This document shows positions 1-12,286 of a stretch of 60,777 nt of DNA, piece after piece (the first letter of the stretch is position 1; the number at the start of each line of letters is the position of its first letter). The stretch is from a virus (Duplodnaviria > Caudoviricetes). The notes under the pieces were generated by a model, which had not been told where the DNA came from, made no database searches, and was given only the letters and a program-made list of their open reading frames with translations. The translations under genes were made by a program, and so were the position numbers. Where the stretch lies: positions 1-60,777 of the IMG/VR virus record IMGVR_UViG_3300036768_000354; one strand, given 5' to 3'.

Positions 1-316
1 AGTTGGTAGCACGGGTAGCATAATAAGCAGCATTAGCAACAGTATAAGCTGCATAATCAGCAGGAACAATAGCACAACCAGCAGGAGCAATAGCACAACC
101 AGCAGGAGCAATAGCACAACCAGCAGCAGCAGCAGCACAATCTTCTACCGAAGCTCTTCCTTCTAAGAAGGAATAAGCTGTCTCAATAGCTTTTTTACAG
201 CTTTCTCTATGTTTTTCATCTACTAAGTGGATCACTTGCTCAGCACAAAAACAAGCAAATATTATTTGCTTATTACGAGATAGCTTTTTTAAGTCTATAT
301 GTGAAATTTGTCTCAT
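1..316 (-). CDS. Ala-rich protein resembling the Imm5-like putative immunity family; runs off the window edge
   Basis: Not in ORF track because truncated. Manual translation from ATG 316: MRQISHIDLKKLSRNKQIIFACFCAEQVIHLVDEKHRESCKKAIETAYSFLEGRASVEDCAAAAAGCAIAPAG...; upstream AGAGAGGG RBS; FA-x-x-CAE...AIE-x-A...G plus Ala-rich tail recalls Imm5-like proteins. Confidence 0.6.
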   Translation of the reverse strand, partial: MRQISHIDLKKLSRNKQIIFACFCAEQVIHLVDEKHRESCKKAIETAYSFLEGRASVEDCAAAAAGCAIAPAGCAIAPAGCAIVPADYAAYTVANAAYYATRATN

Positions 317-714
317 CAATAACCCTCTCTTTAAATCATTAGTTTCAGATCATAGTTTCCATGGGTATACGGTTATCAATACGTTCTCTCTATATCTCTC
401 TAAAGATGAATATAGCCTCTCTCTATATATGTGTAAGCGCAATACACTCTTCACCGTAGCGCGCGCGTGCGCACGCGAAGGGGAGAGAGGCACACGCGCG
501 CATCTTAATCTAACTTGAGGAGCGCTCATCATGTGAGTCCCCCTATTGAAGCCAATGCATGATACATCACCTCATCTTGAGGTGAGGTAAATCTCAGCAG
601 CTCCTCTTTATATAGCGTGAGTGGTAGTATTAACTTAGATATCCAGTGCACACACCCCACCCACCCCATCTTTATAAGGCTTATTCAGTAGGAGGAGAAG
701 TAGGAGGAGGGTTA

Positions 715-1300
715 CTAGCTACACCAGGGCCAGCTACACTAGGGCCAGCTACACTAGGGTGTAAGTTATATCAGCTGCACCAGCTACACTAGGGCTAGCT
801 ATACCAGTAGGAGGATTGAGAGAGGGGAGTAACATCACCAACAATACCAGCAGGGGGAGGAATACCACCACCACCACTACTAACGCTACCAGCTACACTA
901 GGAGGAGTAACACTAACACTCCTAGGATGAATAACACCACTAGCAACACCAGCTACACTAGGGGGAGGAGTAACACCAACAATACCAGCTACACTAGGAG
1001 TAATACCACTAGCACTAGGAGCAGCAGGAGAGCGGCAGGAGAGCAGCAGGAGCAGGAGGAGGAATAACACCACCACCACTAACAATAGCTACACTAACAA
1101 TACCAGCTACACTAACACTACCACCAGCAACAATACCAACAATACTAGGAGGATTAGGAGTAGTAGCAGGAGCAGGAGTAGCAGGAGCTACACTAACACT
1201 AACAATACCAGCTACACTAACACTAACAATACCAGCTACACTAACACTCCTAGGAGGAATACACTACCACTAGCAACAATACCCACCACTAGGAGCAGTA
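715..1300. repeat. Degenerate tandem repeat tract (CCAGCTACACTA / AACAATA / AGGAGC units), A+C rich
   Basis: Many copies of CCAGCTACACTA(GG/AC) and AACAATACCAGC visible directly. Confidence 0.85.
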
Positions 1301-1619
1301 GGAGCCTCTCCCTGATATAACCTCTCCCTTACGTAATAGGCTATACCTTATAGTGGGGGAGATCACTAGCTATCTTACTCCTATACATACTAGGATATGG
1401 GAGGAGGATGGGGATGGGGTGTACTTAAGTATGTCTCCAAACTTGCTATATTTCAACTGGCGTAGGATGGGTAAGACACTGAAAGTGTTAGGGGGAGGAG
1501 TAGGTTGGATTGGGGGTGGACTGACGCCCACACAAAGCCCACACAAAGCCCACACAAAGCTCTCCCTCTCAAGGAGACAACGCATCATCCTCCGGATAGG
1601 TGTCCTCTGTGTGCGCACA

Positions 1620-3970
<2,351 letters not shown>

Positions 3971-4147
3971 GAGGGGTATTGCGTATGATACTTTACTAGG
4001 TGTTATGCCCTTCAGGCTTGACGGGAGGGTAGGATTGGGTATCTGAGTGCTTTATTATCTCTCTATATATATAGAGAGATCCATATCCCCTGTCCTTGTA
4101 TAGGTTCGGGAACATATCAGGTTTTATTAGGAGGTAGGATCAGGTTG

Positions 4148-4170
4148 TGGGTTGGGCGTAGCAGTGTCAG
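4148..4170. repeat. 23-bp direct repeat copy 1 (TGGGTTGGGCGTAGCAGTGTCAG)
   Basis: Identical to 5370-5392. Confidence 0.9.
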
Positions 4171-4272
4171 ACCTGAGTACATGGAGCTTCCCTCCCCTAC
4201 TTAGGGAGAGTACAGAGGTCTGGGTACATACAAGAATATTGGGTGTGTGAGAGAGGGGTTTACTTGATAGGG

Positions 4273-4536
4273 TTAGAACTCATACTCAGGCTCAGTCGTA
4301 GTGTACATGAAGGAACCTAGTATACCGAAGTGTGCGATGGTGTCTCCAGTTTTTGCCATGTGGTCTATGGCGTACGCCACGTCTTTAGCTATCTCTTCTT
4401 TAGAGAGCTGCTTGCGTAGTCCAAACTCTTCCCACATTATATCTACTGCTTCCTGCTGGTTGTTGCACCAGATAACTTTATGTTGAGGGTTAAAGTTTAG
4501 TCCAATAGCTCCGTCGTTAGTGTATATTAGTTTCAC
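4273..4536 (-). CDS. Hypothetical protein, 87 aa
   Basis: GTG start with AGGAGG RBS; normal protein composition. Confidence 0.8.
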   Translation of the reverse strand: MKLIYTNDGAIGLNFNPQHKVIWCNNQQEAVDIMWEEFGLRKQLSKEEIAKDVAYAIDHMAKTGDTIAHFGILGSFMYTTTEPEYEF

Positions 4537-4537
4537 C

Positions 4538-4666
4538 TTATACCTCCTGTCTTAATGCCCCTAAGGGGGAGTGTAGTTTATGTAGCTCTTTAGCTCGGGC
4601 AGCTTCTGCTACATCCTTTGTTATGTCCCAGGCTCTGTAGCTTTAACATGTACTGTACACACACAT
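4538..4666 (-). pseudogene. Small ORF with an internal TAA
   Basis: GAGAGGG RBS, then MCVYSTC*SYRAWDITKDVAEAARAKELHKLHSPLGALRQEV*; fills the gap in the operon. Confidence 0.4.
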
Positions 4667-4679
4667 ATATACACCCTCT

Positions 4680-4888
4680 CTAATGGAGGTGTGGTGATGA
4701 TGGTGGTAGTGGTGGTAGGGATGCTTCATCCTCCTTTAATAACTCCTCCTCATCGAGCTCATTCACACACCGCTGTTTAGGATTAAGGAGTCGCACTCTT
4801 CGGTCTGAGCTTCCATAGCTACCTGTAAGTCCTCAATCTCTTGAGAACTTAGGTTAGTGACATCAACTGATATAGTTAACACCTTCAT
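4680..4888 (-). pseudogene. Small acidic protein apparently frameshifted in a GT dinucleotide run
   Basis: GGAGG RBS and TAATG overlap; MKVLTISVDVTNLSSQEIEDLQVAMEAQTEECDSLILNSGV* stops at 4763; removing one TG continues as NELDEEELLKEDEA... to 4680. Confidence 0.5.
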
Positions 4889-5085
4889 TATGCAACCTCC
4901 GTGTATATCTCTACTCGACCGTTCTCATCTAGGTTCTTCATGATGAGACGACCATCTTGACCTTTTAAGTTAAAGGTATTCTTTAAGTTCCAGATAAGAC
5001 TCTTACGGTTCAGACAGTGGATCTTGCCAGAGTGCATCTGGATGTGGTATACTGTGTTGATCTGAGTTATAGTGATCGTCTTCAT
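4888..5085 (-). CDS. Hypothetical protein, 65 aa (start revised to ATG 5085)
   Basis: AGGAGG RBS 4 nt upstream of ATG; MKTITITQINTVYHIQ... Confidence 0.75.
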   Translation of the reverse strand: MKTITITQINTVYHIQMHSGKIHCLNRKSLIWNLKNTFNLKGQDGRLIMKNLDENGRVEIYTEVA

Positions 5086-5369
5086 AAAACCTCCTATATA
5101 TAAAGGAATAGGTAGTACATCAAGGAAGTGCACAGCTCATCCTGCTCCTGCTCCTCCTGCTGCACTGTTGTTGTTATAATACTTATTAAGATCAGATATG
5201 GCACGAAGTCGTACCCAGGTGTTGATACACACCCCTGCTCCTACTTCTGCTCCTGCCACACTTCCACCACACACATCAGTGGATATAGGGTGTGTGTGTG
5301 TGTTCAGGTCCATGCTCTTAGCTTGTTATATATTCATAGGTTCAGGTATTGTCACGCACCCACCCCTAT

Positions 5370-5392
5370 TGGGTTGGGCGTAGCAGTGTCAG
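5370..5392. repeat. 23-bp direct repeat copy 2
   Basis: Identical to 4148-4170. Confidence 0.9.
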
Positions 5393-5823
5393 TGGGAGTA
5401 GGGAAGAACACACACCCCCGAGCTCGCGCTGCTCTCCCTAGTGGGAACACGCTGTCCTTCACCGTTAAAACCCTGTAACGTTGCATACTGCCTAAAAATA
5501 CTGCTCTCCTTCTTCTTCTTGAGAAACATTACACTCCCTCTCTCTCTCATAACAACCTCCCAGGTGTATTTATGTTGCTTCTCCTCCTGCTTCTGCTTCT
5601 CCTGCTGCTGCTTCTCCTCCTGCTGCTTCTCCTGCTGCTGCTTCTCCTCCTGCTTCTGCTTCTCCTCCTCCTCTTCAGATGATTAGAGCTCTAGCTTTAA
5701 CTCATCATCTAGCTGCACGTACCCCCTACATAGGGTAAGGGGATTAGAAGGAGGAGCTACACCAGCTACAGGAGGGGAAGGAGCTACAGGAGGGGAGTTG
5801 AGGCAGAAGGGGAGAAATAGGGT

Positions 5824-5945
5824 TAGGACAGCTAGGACAGCTAGGACAGCTAGGACAGCTAGGACAGCTAGGACAGCTAGGACAGCTAGGACAGCTAGGA
5901 CAGCTAGGACAGCTAGGACAGCTAGGACAGCTAGGACAGCTAGGA
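5824..5945. repeat. Perfect 9-bp tandem repeat (TAGGACAGC) x13.5
   Basis: Directly visible. Confidence 0.95.
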
Positions 5946-8176
5946 TGAGACTTAACTCCTCCTTCATTAAGTCCACATTATTGCTGACTTGTTATCTATG
6001 GTGAAGAATTATAAGGGAGGAGAAAGAATTATAAGGGAAGAAGAAGAAGAAGAAATATTAGGGAAGAAGAAGAAAAGAAGAAGGAGCCTTAACTCATCAT
6101 CTTGCTGCACACACGCGCGCACACACACCTATGTAGGTTCGGGAAGTGGGCCCGCTGGCCTCAGCAGCAAAGGGAACCCCCATCTTTAGGCGAGGTACAC
6201 GCTACACCTCCACTCTCTATACATGAACTTTCTCCCCTTAAAGTGGCCCCCGCTACCCTCAGAGTACAATTCCCTACACAACCCTCAACTCCTATCTTTA
6301 TATATAAAATTTAAGTTATAAACCATCAACTTACTGAGTAAACTCAACAACACCACAGGGTACACTCACGATGAGATGCACCTCAACACACTGCACGTAA
6401 TTCAAGCACAAACCTCCTACATCAAGACATCAGGCCACCCCCCCCACACTCCACACTCAACTCAATGGAGTTACACTGAGAGAGAGAGAGAGAGCACATC
6501 CCACACATCCCCTAATAAAACAGGCCCCACAACCCTTCCCACCTATTAGACACAAGGTACCGCCTAGCCTCTTTCCCCTACAGGTATAACTCTCTCTAGA
6601 TGAACACATACATCGCAACCACCCACCTCTACTCCCTACTCTTCCTCCTACGCGTCATAGATGTGCCAACTGCCCTATCAGCAGTTCAGGCAGTATCAGC
6701 AGTTCAGGCAGAAGGAGGAGGAGACAGAAGGGGCAGGAGTTCGAGGAGGAGGGGACAGGAGACAGGGGACAGGAGGAGAAGTAGTAGGAGGAGAAGTAGG
6801 AGAAGGATAATACATAGGGGTGACTCATACCCCGTATTATAAAGGGTGTATGGGTGCATACGTGTGTGCACACACCCCTATCCCCTACACCCCAAGGGTT
6901 AATCAATGTTGTCTCATGCCATGAGAGAGAGAGAGATTTAGGTGGTGTTGGTGTTGGTGTTGGTGTTGGTGTTCCTACTCCTACTCCTACTCCTCCTGCT
7001 CCAGGAGTGGCAGCTCCCCCTACTTCTGTAGGAGCAGTGGGTACGGCACCTGTTGCAGCTCCTCATCCTTCTCATCCTTCTCATCCTCCTGGTGTAGCAG
7101 GGGGTAGGCATAGCTTCTCCTCCTGTAGCTGGTGTAGCATTAGCGGTATTAGTAGCGGCAGCAGAGCTGCTTCTCTTCCCAATCCCAATCCCTCTCCCCT
7201 CCTAATCCTCCTGGTACAGCTGGTACAGCTGGTACACTTCAGCACCTTCAGTACCTTCAGCAAGAGCAAGAGCAACACCAAGAGCAACACCAACACCTCC
7301 TGCACGTAATTCTCCGCGAAGAGTTAGGCCTGCGGGTATCACACATTGTGCGTGGTTTAAGGCCAGGTATTCGCGAGAATGTCTCACTCGTGCGTGTGTG
7401 TGTGCATGTGTGTGCTCGACATGTGTAGGGCAGCAGGAGCAGCATCAGCTGCAGGAGCATCAGCATTAGCATTAGCAGGAGGAGCAGTATCGGCATCAGC
7501 AGGACCTAACAAGGTCTTAGGTATGATGTGGGGAAAGCCTTTACAACACTAAGGTGAAGCACAATGGATGAGGTTAAAGTGTGTGTATACATGTGTGTGA
7601 AGATAATGCGCGAGATTGAATGGACCATGTGGTGCGGCGGAGAAGGCTCTTCATGTAGATTATTGCGTAAGTTGGGTATGAAAGCAAAGTTGTACTAAGT
7701 CGAATATATTGCATCTGGAGGCCCTCTATTTGCCCGAAGAGGGGATTTACGGATGACACAGAAGCAAGGGTACGTTAAACAACTATCAAGTTAAGGTGTA
7801 TTAAATTGCACTTCTTTCATTATGCAAGTATAAATACACTACCGACGGAGTATAGGAGATAGTATGAGTAGATATTCAAGAAGAGTTATGGATCCTAAGA
7901 GTAAGCTAGCTATGATAGTTTGTAAGTTGTTAACTAGTAAGGGTGGCGAGCGAGATGTTACTGGCGGCTTCCATTGGGTATTACCATACTCTAAAGCAGA
8001 TATAAATGTTCGACCTAGATGGATCACAGAGTCATGCTAATGGAGCGTAGCAGCCGTAAAAGATCACTAATATTAGTGTATGTCAAGGTTTTGTATGAAT
8101 GCATGCATGCATGCATGCTGCAAGAGAGCAGCTCTACAGAGATTGTCCGTCTTAAGAACGATGGGTATTAAGTACA

Positions 8177-8374
8177 ATGCAGAATCAGATTAAACACCAC
8201 TTTGAATTTTATGTAGAGGATGAAGATAGGGCGATGCTTACTTACTGTATGTTGAAGCTATTGCATAAATTGAATGTAGGTATTAGTTCAGTATCTCATG
8301 CCCATAGTTGGGGTGGAGACATCACTCTGATTGTCGAGTACAAAGATCAACTACATCCTGTAACATCATACTAG
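8177..8374 (+). CDS. Hypothetical protein, 65 aa
   Basis: ORF with plausible composition; overlaps the 3' end of a convergent ORF. Confidence 0.45.
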   Translation: MQNQIKHHFEFYVEDEDRAMLTYCMLKLLHKLNVGISSVSHAHSWGGDITLIVEYKDQLHPVTSY

Positions 8375-8594
8375 CATCAAAATACGTACCTGATGCTTCC
8401 AGAGGTGTCATCTTGCTCTTATTAGGGTCATAACCTGCAAACTTCAATGTATATCTTATTGGTTTACCCATCTCAGTTAATGGAACTCTCTCAGTAGAGG
8501 TATGTAAAACACCAATAACCTTGAGCTTTCTTAAGAGCTTATATAAATCCTTAAAGCTATTTACCTTATCTAATGTTATCTTTACAAACGTCAC
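8322..8594 (-). CDS. Hypothetical protein, 90 aa (start revised to GTG 8594)
   Basis: GTGA overlap with the upstream small ORF and a GGGGAG RBS. Confidence 0.55.
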   Translation of the reverse strand: MTFVKITLDKVNSFKDLYKLLRKLKVIGVLHTSTERVPLTEMGKPIRYTLKFAGYDPNKSKMTPLEASGTYFDASMMLQDVVDLCTRQSE

Positions 8595-8749
8595 TTTATA
8601 AGCTCCCCAAGGATATGGCAGTATGCTGACCACTCTCTGACTGCTACGTCATGAGCTGAGTTAATACCTAAGTCACGTAAAAAGTACAATAATCTTACGA
8701 TTATCTCTTTCTTTCTAACTTCATGTACTTCATTTGGTCGCCATTGCAT
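8591..8749 (-). CDS. Small hypothetical protein, 52 aa
   Basis: MQWRPNEVHEVRKKEIIVRLLYFLRDLG...; TATAAT 7 nt upstream of ATG; below ORF-track cutoff. Confidence 0.55.
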   Translation of the reverse strand: MQWRPNEVHEVRKKEIIVRLLYFLRDLGINSAHDVAVREWSAYCHILGELIK

Positions 8750-8757
8750 TAGCTTTA

Positions 8758-8880
8758 TTATACTTTTGTATATAAAAGCTTTGCTATGAAATACTTAAAT
8801 TCTATTTGAAAATAAAGATCTACTGCCTCTTGTGGATTTTTGAAACGGATACGAACTGGAGCTTTCAATCGCTTTTCCAT
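8758..8880 (-). CDS. Small hypothetical protein, 40 aa
   Basis: MEKRLKAPVRIRFKNPQEAVDLYFQIEF...; AAGGA RBS; below ORF-track cutoff. Confidence 0.5.
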   Translation of the reverse strand: MEKRLKAPVRIRFKNPQEAVDLYFQIEFKYFIAKLLYTKV

Positions 8881-9291
8881 AAAATTTTCCTTTAATAAAT
8901 TTTGCAGGCGAAGAGGTAATCAAATGAATTTGACCTAGATCAGTCATATTACCCCCTTGTTAGATACTGTTATTATAACAGGCTATTCATCTTTAAGAAG
9001 TAAGTTATCTAGAGGTATATAAAATAATTCTTCATCTACTAATTTATGGAGTTTTTCAGCCAATTTATAACCGTATTTCTTTTCTCTTAGGGTTCGATTG
9101 TTGGGTCCGCAGTAGCGCGGCGGCGGCCAAGTATATAGCTCAAATCGTCGATCGATGCTGCTCGCAATTCTAATTTTAATTTATCTAGCTCTGACTGTTA
9201 GTCCATGGTGGTGCACCAATCAACATTAACATGAATATATAGAAATTACACTTTATAGAAGTTTCCTTTTTATGTGAGTGTAATTCAGTTG

Positions 9292-9534
9292 TTACCTTTT
9301 GTCCCATTGATAATCCTCTGCCCTCAGAGGTTCTTCGTCTATCAGAGAGTGATGGGTTAAGACGTCTAAAGCCATCTTTGATCTTTGCTCTTGGGTTGGC
9401 GGATTTGGATTTACAAACTCTGGAAGGCACATTGCGCGGAAGGGACATAATTTACACCTCTGTGAATCCATACACTTACCATATAGGTCAACTATTTGTT
9501 CTAATATTATAGTGTCGTTCTTATTGAGAGCCAT
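9292..9534 (-). CDS. Small Cys-cluster protein (CX5CX2CX5C); start revised to ATG 9534
   Basis: GGAG RBS; CMDSQRCKLCPFRAMC; similar to neighbour 9521-9784. Confidence 0.7.
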   Translation of the reverse strand: MALNKNDTIILEQIVDLYGKCMDSQRCKLCPFRAMCLPEFVNPNPPTQEQRSKMALDVLTHHSLIDEEPLRAEDYQWDKR

Positions 9535-9784
9535 CAGACTCTCCAAGGATTTCATCTATAGTTTTATCTAAAAGAATTTTAGCAGCAACATTTTTATATC
9601 TGGCGTCAGCTTCTTCTTCTGACATCTCTTGAACACCTAATGCTTCTATACAGCTATAATAAGCTCCATTAGGTTTCTTTTTTAATTTACTCAACGGGCA
9701 CTGTTTACAGATGGACGGATTTGCCCAACTAGTGCAACTACCTTCAGATTCTACTATTTTATTTAAAATATCCATCTTTTCCAT
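9521..9784 (-). CDS. Small Cys-cluster protein, paralog-like to 9292-9534
   Basis: LNKIVESEGSC...CKQCP...C; GGTATAAT upstream. Confidence 0.75.
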   Translation of the reverse strand: MEKMDILNKIVESEGSCTSWANPSICKQCPLSKLKKKPNGAYYSCIEALGVQEMSEEEADARYKNVAAKILLDKTIDEILGESDGSQ

Positions 9785-9869
9785 TCATTCCAGATAAATC
9801 CTATTGTTTATTATACCGGAGAACAGACGTAGTGCTGTTATAACACATAATCAGGTATAATAGTGGAAT

Positions 9870-10700
9870 ATGTCAATGAATAAGCCGAACAAACCATATC
9901 CTACACCTCCTCCAACGTCACCTATGTCGACACCATCGCCTATGCCGATGTTTCTTCCAGACCCGTCGATAAAGGGTTTGAGCTTTGACCAACTATTAGG
10001 TCAACGTGGAATTCGCTTTATTCACCATAAAGCAATACCTTGTATGAACGTTGAATCAACTTCATTTCAAGCTCATCAACCTGACTGCCCTTTCTGCGAT
10101 GATAGCGGATTAATATATTATGAGAGTAAAGAGATATGGGGCGTTTTCTCAGGAAATTCAATTGAGAAGACATTTGAAGCACATGGTGTTTGGGAGACAG
10201 GTACAGCTGTTGTAACTCTTCCCACTGAATATCCAGATGGAACTCAAGCTGATTTTAATACATACGATCGATTAGAAGTGCCTGACTTTACAGTTAGGTT
10301 GTGGGAGCTGAAGGGCTATGAACCACGACCTGGTAACATACAATCACTTAGATATCCTATTAAGAACGTAGAGTACGCATCATCTATCACAGATGGCGTA
10401 CAAAAATTCTATTTACCCGGAGTTGATTTTAATATTACAGCCGATGGTGAAGTAGAATGGATACATGGAAAAGAGCCTGCTTATGATTATGCTTTAGAAA
10501 GAGGCGAAGTCATTGGATGGGCTTATTTTGCAAACCCTGTTTATGTTGTAATACAGTCACTTAGAGAACTTAGAATTACACAGGAGCTTGTTGGTGGTAC
10601 TAAGACTGCTCGCAGATTACCTCAACAGATCCTAGTAAGAAGAGATTTTATGGTGGGCCAAGGTGAAAAGATCACTAATACATCTACGCCTACACCTTAA
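9870..10700 (+). CDS. Putative neck / head-closure protein
   Basis: KAIPC...DCPFCDDSG Cys motif like neck proteins of SPO1/Twort-type myoviruses; located upstream of the sheath gene. Confidence 0.6.
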   Translation: MSMNKPNKPYPTPPPTSPMSTPSPMPMFLPDPSIKGLSFDQLLGQRGIRFIHHKAIPCMNVESTSFQAHQPDCPFCDDSGLIYYESKEIWGVFSGNSIEKTFEAHGVWETGTAVVTLPTEYPDGTQADFNTYDRLEVPDFTVRLWELKGYEPRPGNIQSLRYPIKNVEYASSITDGVQKFYLPGVDFNITADGEVEWIHGKEPAYDYALERGEVIGWAYFANPVYVVIQSLRELRITQELVGGTKTARRLPQQILVRRDFMVGQGEKITNTSTPTP

Positions 10701-10756
10701 GTTAAGCTCAGGGTTGAGTTATAATCTACTTATAAGACAAACGGGAGCTCTTTAGA

Positions 10757-12286
10757 ATGCCTCAAGCAGTATCGCGAAAACAATATCGTTTAATGCAAGC
10801 CATTTTACATGGTAAAGCAGACGCGTCAAAAACTGGCCGTGGTGTACCACCTAAATCCGTTGCAGCTAAATACTCACCTCCTGGTAAAGATGCCCCTGAA
10901 CAACACGGTGAGAATCGTGGTGGAACTTGGGGAGAGAAGCATCACGCTAAAGCTAAAGAAAAAGTTAAAGAAGATAGATATAAGCGTAAAAAATCTAAGA
11001 AAGAGCTTAAAAAATCTTTTGAAGATAGTTACACTGGTCATGCTGCTGCGGTTATTGTGATGAACGATAACAATCAAATATTATTAGGACGTCATCAAAC
11101 TGGTAAATTAGCTTTTGCTGGTGGACATATGGATATGGCTGACGGAGATAAGTCAGTTACAGCTCTTCGTGAACTTAAAGAAGAGATGGGTATTACTGGA
11201 AAAAAACCTCAAAAAGTTTGGTCTGGTAAATTAAATGGAAATGAATGTGATGTTTTCTTAGTTGAGTCTTTTACTGGCGAACCTAAGTCAACTGATGAAA
11301 TTAAAAATCCTAGATGGTTTGATGTTGAAGATATCCCTTGGGACGATTTACGCGATTGCTGTGAAAAGCCTCTAGAAGAGTTCGTTAGAACTAAGTTAGG
11401 TAAATCTTTACAAGGAATGATAGCACTTGAGAAGTTAGAGAAGAACATCATTCGTGAAAAAGGATCTGCTGTATTTGAAGTAACGCACGGCGATGCTCTT
11501 AAATTAGTTGGTAACGGTGTATTTAGAAGACTTCGTGAAGAAGTTAAAGACATGTCCGATGAAGACTTTAAAGACATTCATATAGATACATATACTCTTA
11601 GTATCCGTAAACATATGAATGATGTTTATTCTGGTAGAGTTATCGACGGGCATAAAGTAGTGTATCAATTCACAAATAAATCACTTCCTGAACTCACTGC
11701 AGCATTAATGTCTGTATTTGAGTGGTATCTTCCAGAAGATGAAGAAGTATTAGATATTGTTAACGATGACTCTTTAGAAGATGACGTTGTTCATGGTGGC
11801 TTACACTCACTAATTGACAACTATAAGAAGCACAATATTGGAAACATTTATCAAGAGATGGAAACAATTCGAGAGCAGATCAGAAATGGTGTTGCAGTAG
11901 ATCTACAGCAAGTAGAGTCTCGAATTATGAAGTTATTTGATAAGCTAGAAGAAACTATTCACGCAGTTACCGATAAGCATAATGAGTTAGCTGAATCTGC
12001 TGGTAAAGAGATTGATGAATTAGAATCTAAATTAAGAGAATTACAAAATAAGATCGATGAAATGGGTCGTGGTCCAGAGACTGTAACTGCAGTTAGTGCA
12101 ATTAGAGCAAACCCTGCACGAATCCATGATGAGAACTATCCATACTTACCGCGCCCTCAAGTCGAGATCTCACCAGATGGAAAAATTAAAATTACTTTTA
12201 GTCATGACTGGACAGACCTTGAGAAACAGAACTTCTTGCATGATATGAAAGCAAAAGTCATGAAGCGCGAGAGAGTAAATGATTAA
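10757..12286 (+). CDS. Nudix-hydrolase-domain protein with basic N-terminus and C-terminal coiled coil
   Basis: Nudix box GGHMDMADGDKSVTALRELKEEMGI. Confidence 0.8.
   Translation: MPQAVSRKQYRLMQAILHGKADASKTGRGVPPKSVAAKYSPPGKDAPEQHGENRGGTWGEKHHAKAKEKVKEDRYKRKKSKKELKKSFEDSYTGHAAAVIVMNDNNQILLGRHQTGKLAFAGGHMDMADGDKSVTALRELKEEMGITGKKPQKVWSGKLNGNECDVFLVESFTGEPKSTDEIKNPRWFDVEDIPWDDLRDCCEKPLEEFVRTKLGKSLQGMIALEKLEKNIIREKGSAVFEVTHGDALKLVGNGVFRRLREEVKDMSDEDFKDIHIDTYTLSIRKHMNDVYSGRVIDGHKVVYQFTNKSLPELTAALMSVFEWYLPEDEEVLDIVNDDSLEDDVVHGGLHSLIDNYKKHNIGNIYQEMETIREQIRNGVAVDLQQVESRIMKLFDKLEETIHAVTDKHNELAESAGKEIDELESKLRELQNKIDEMGRGPETVTAVSAIRANPARIHDENYPYLPRPQVEISPDGKIKITFSHDWTDLEKQNFLHDMKAKVMKRERVND

Noticed and set aside
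5199-5213. Sigma-54-like TGGCACG motif
   Set aside because: The -12 TTGC element is missing and it faces away from the adjacent operon
5128-8027. ORFs such as (ART)n, (LAV)n and poly-Cys/Ser frames
   Set aside because: By-products of tandem repeats that lack stop codons; no translation signals
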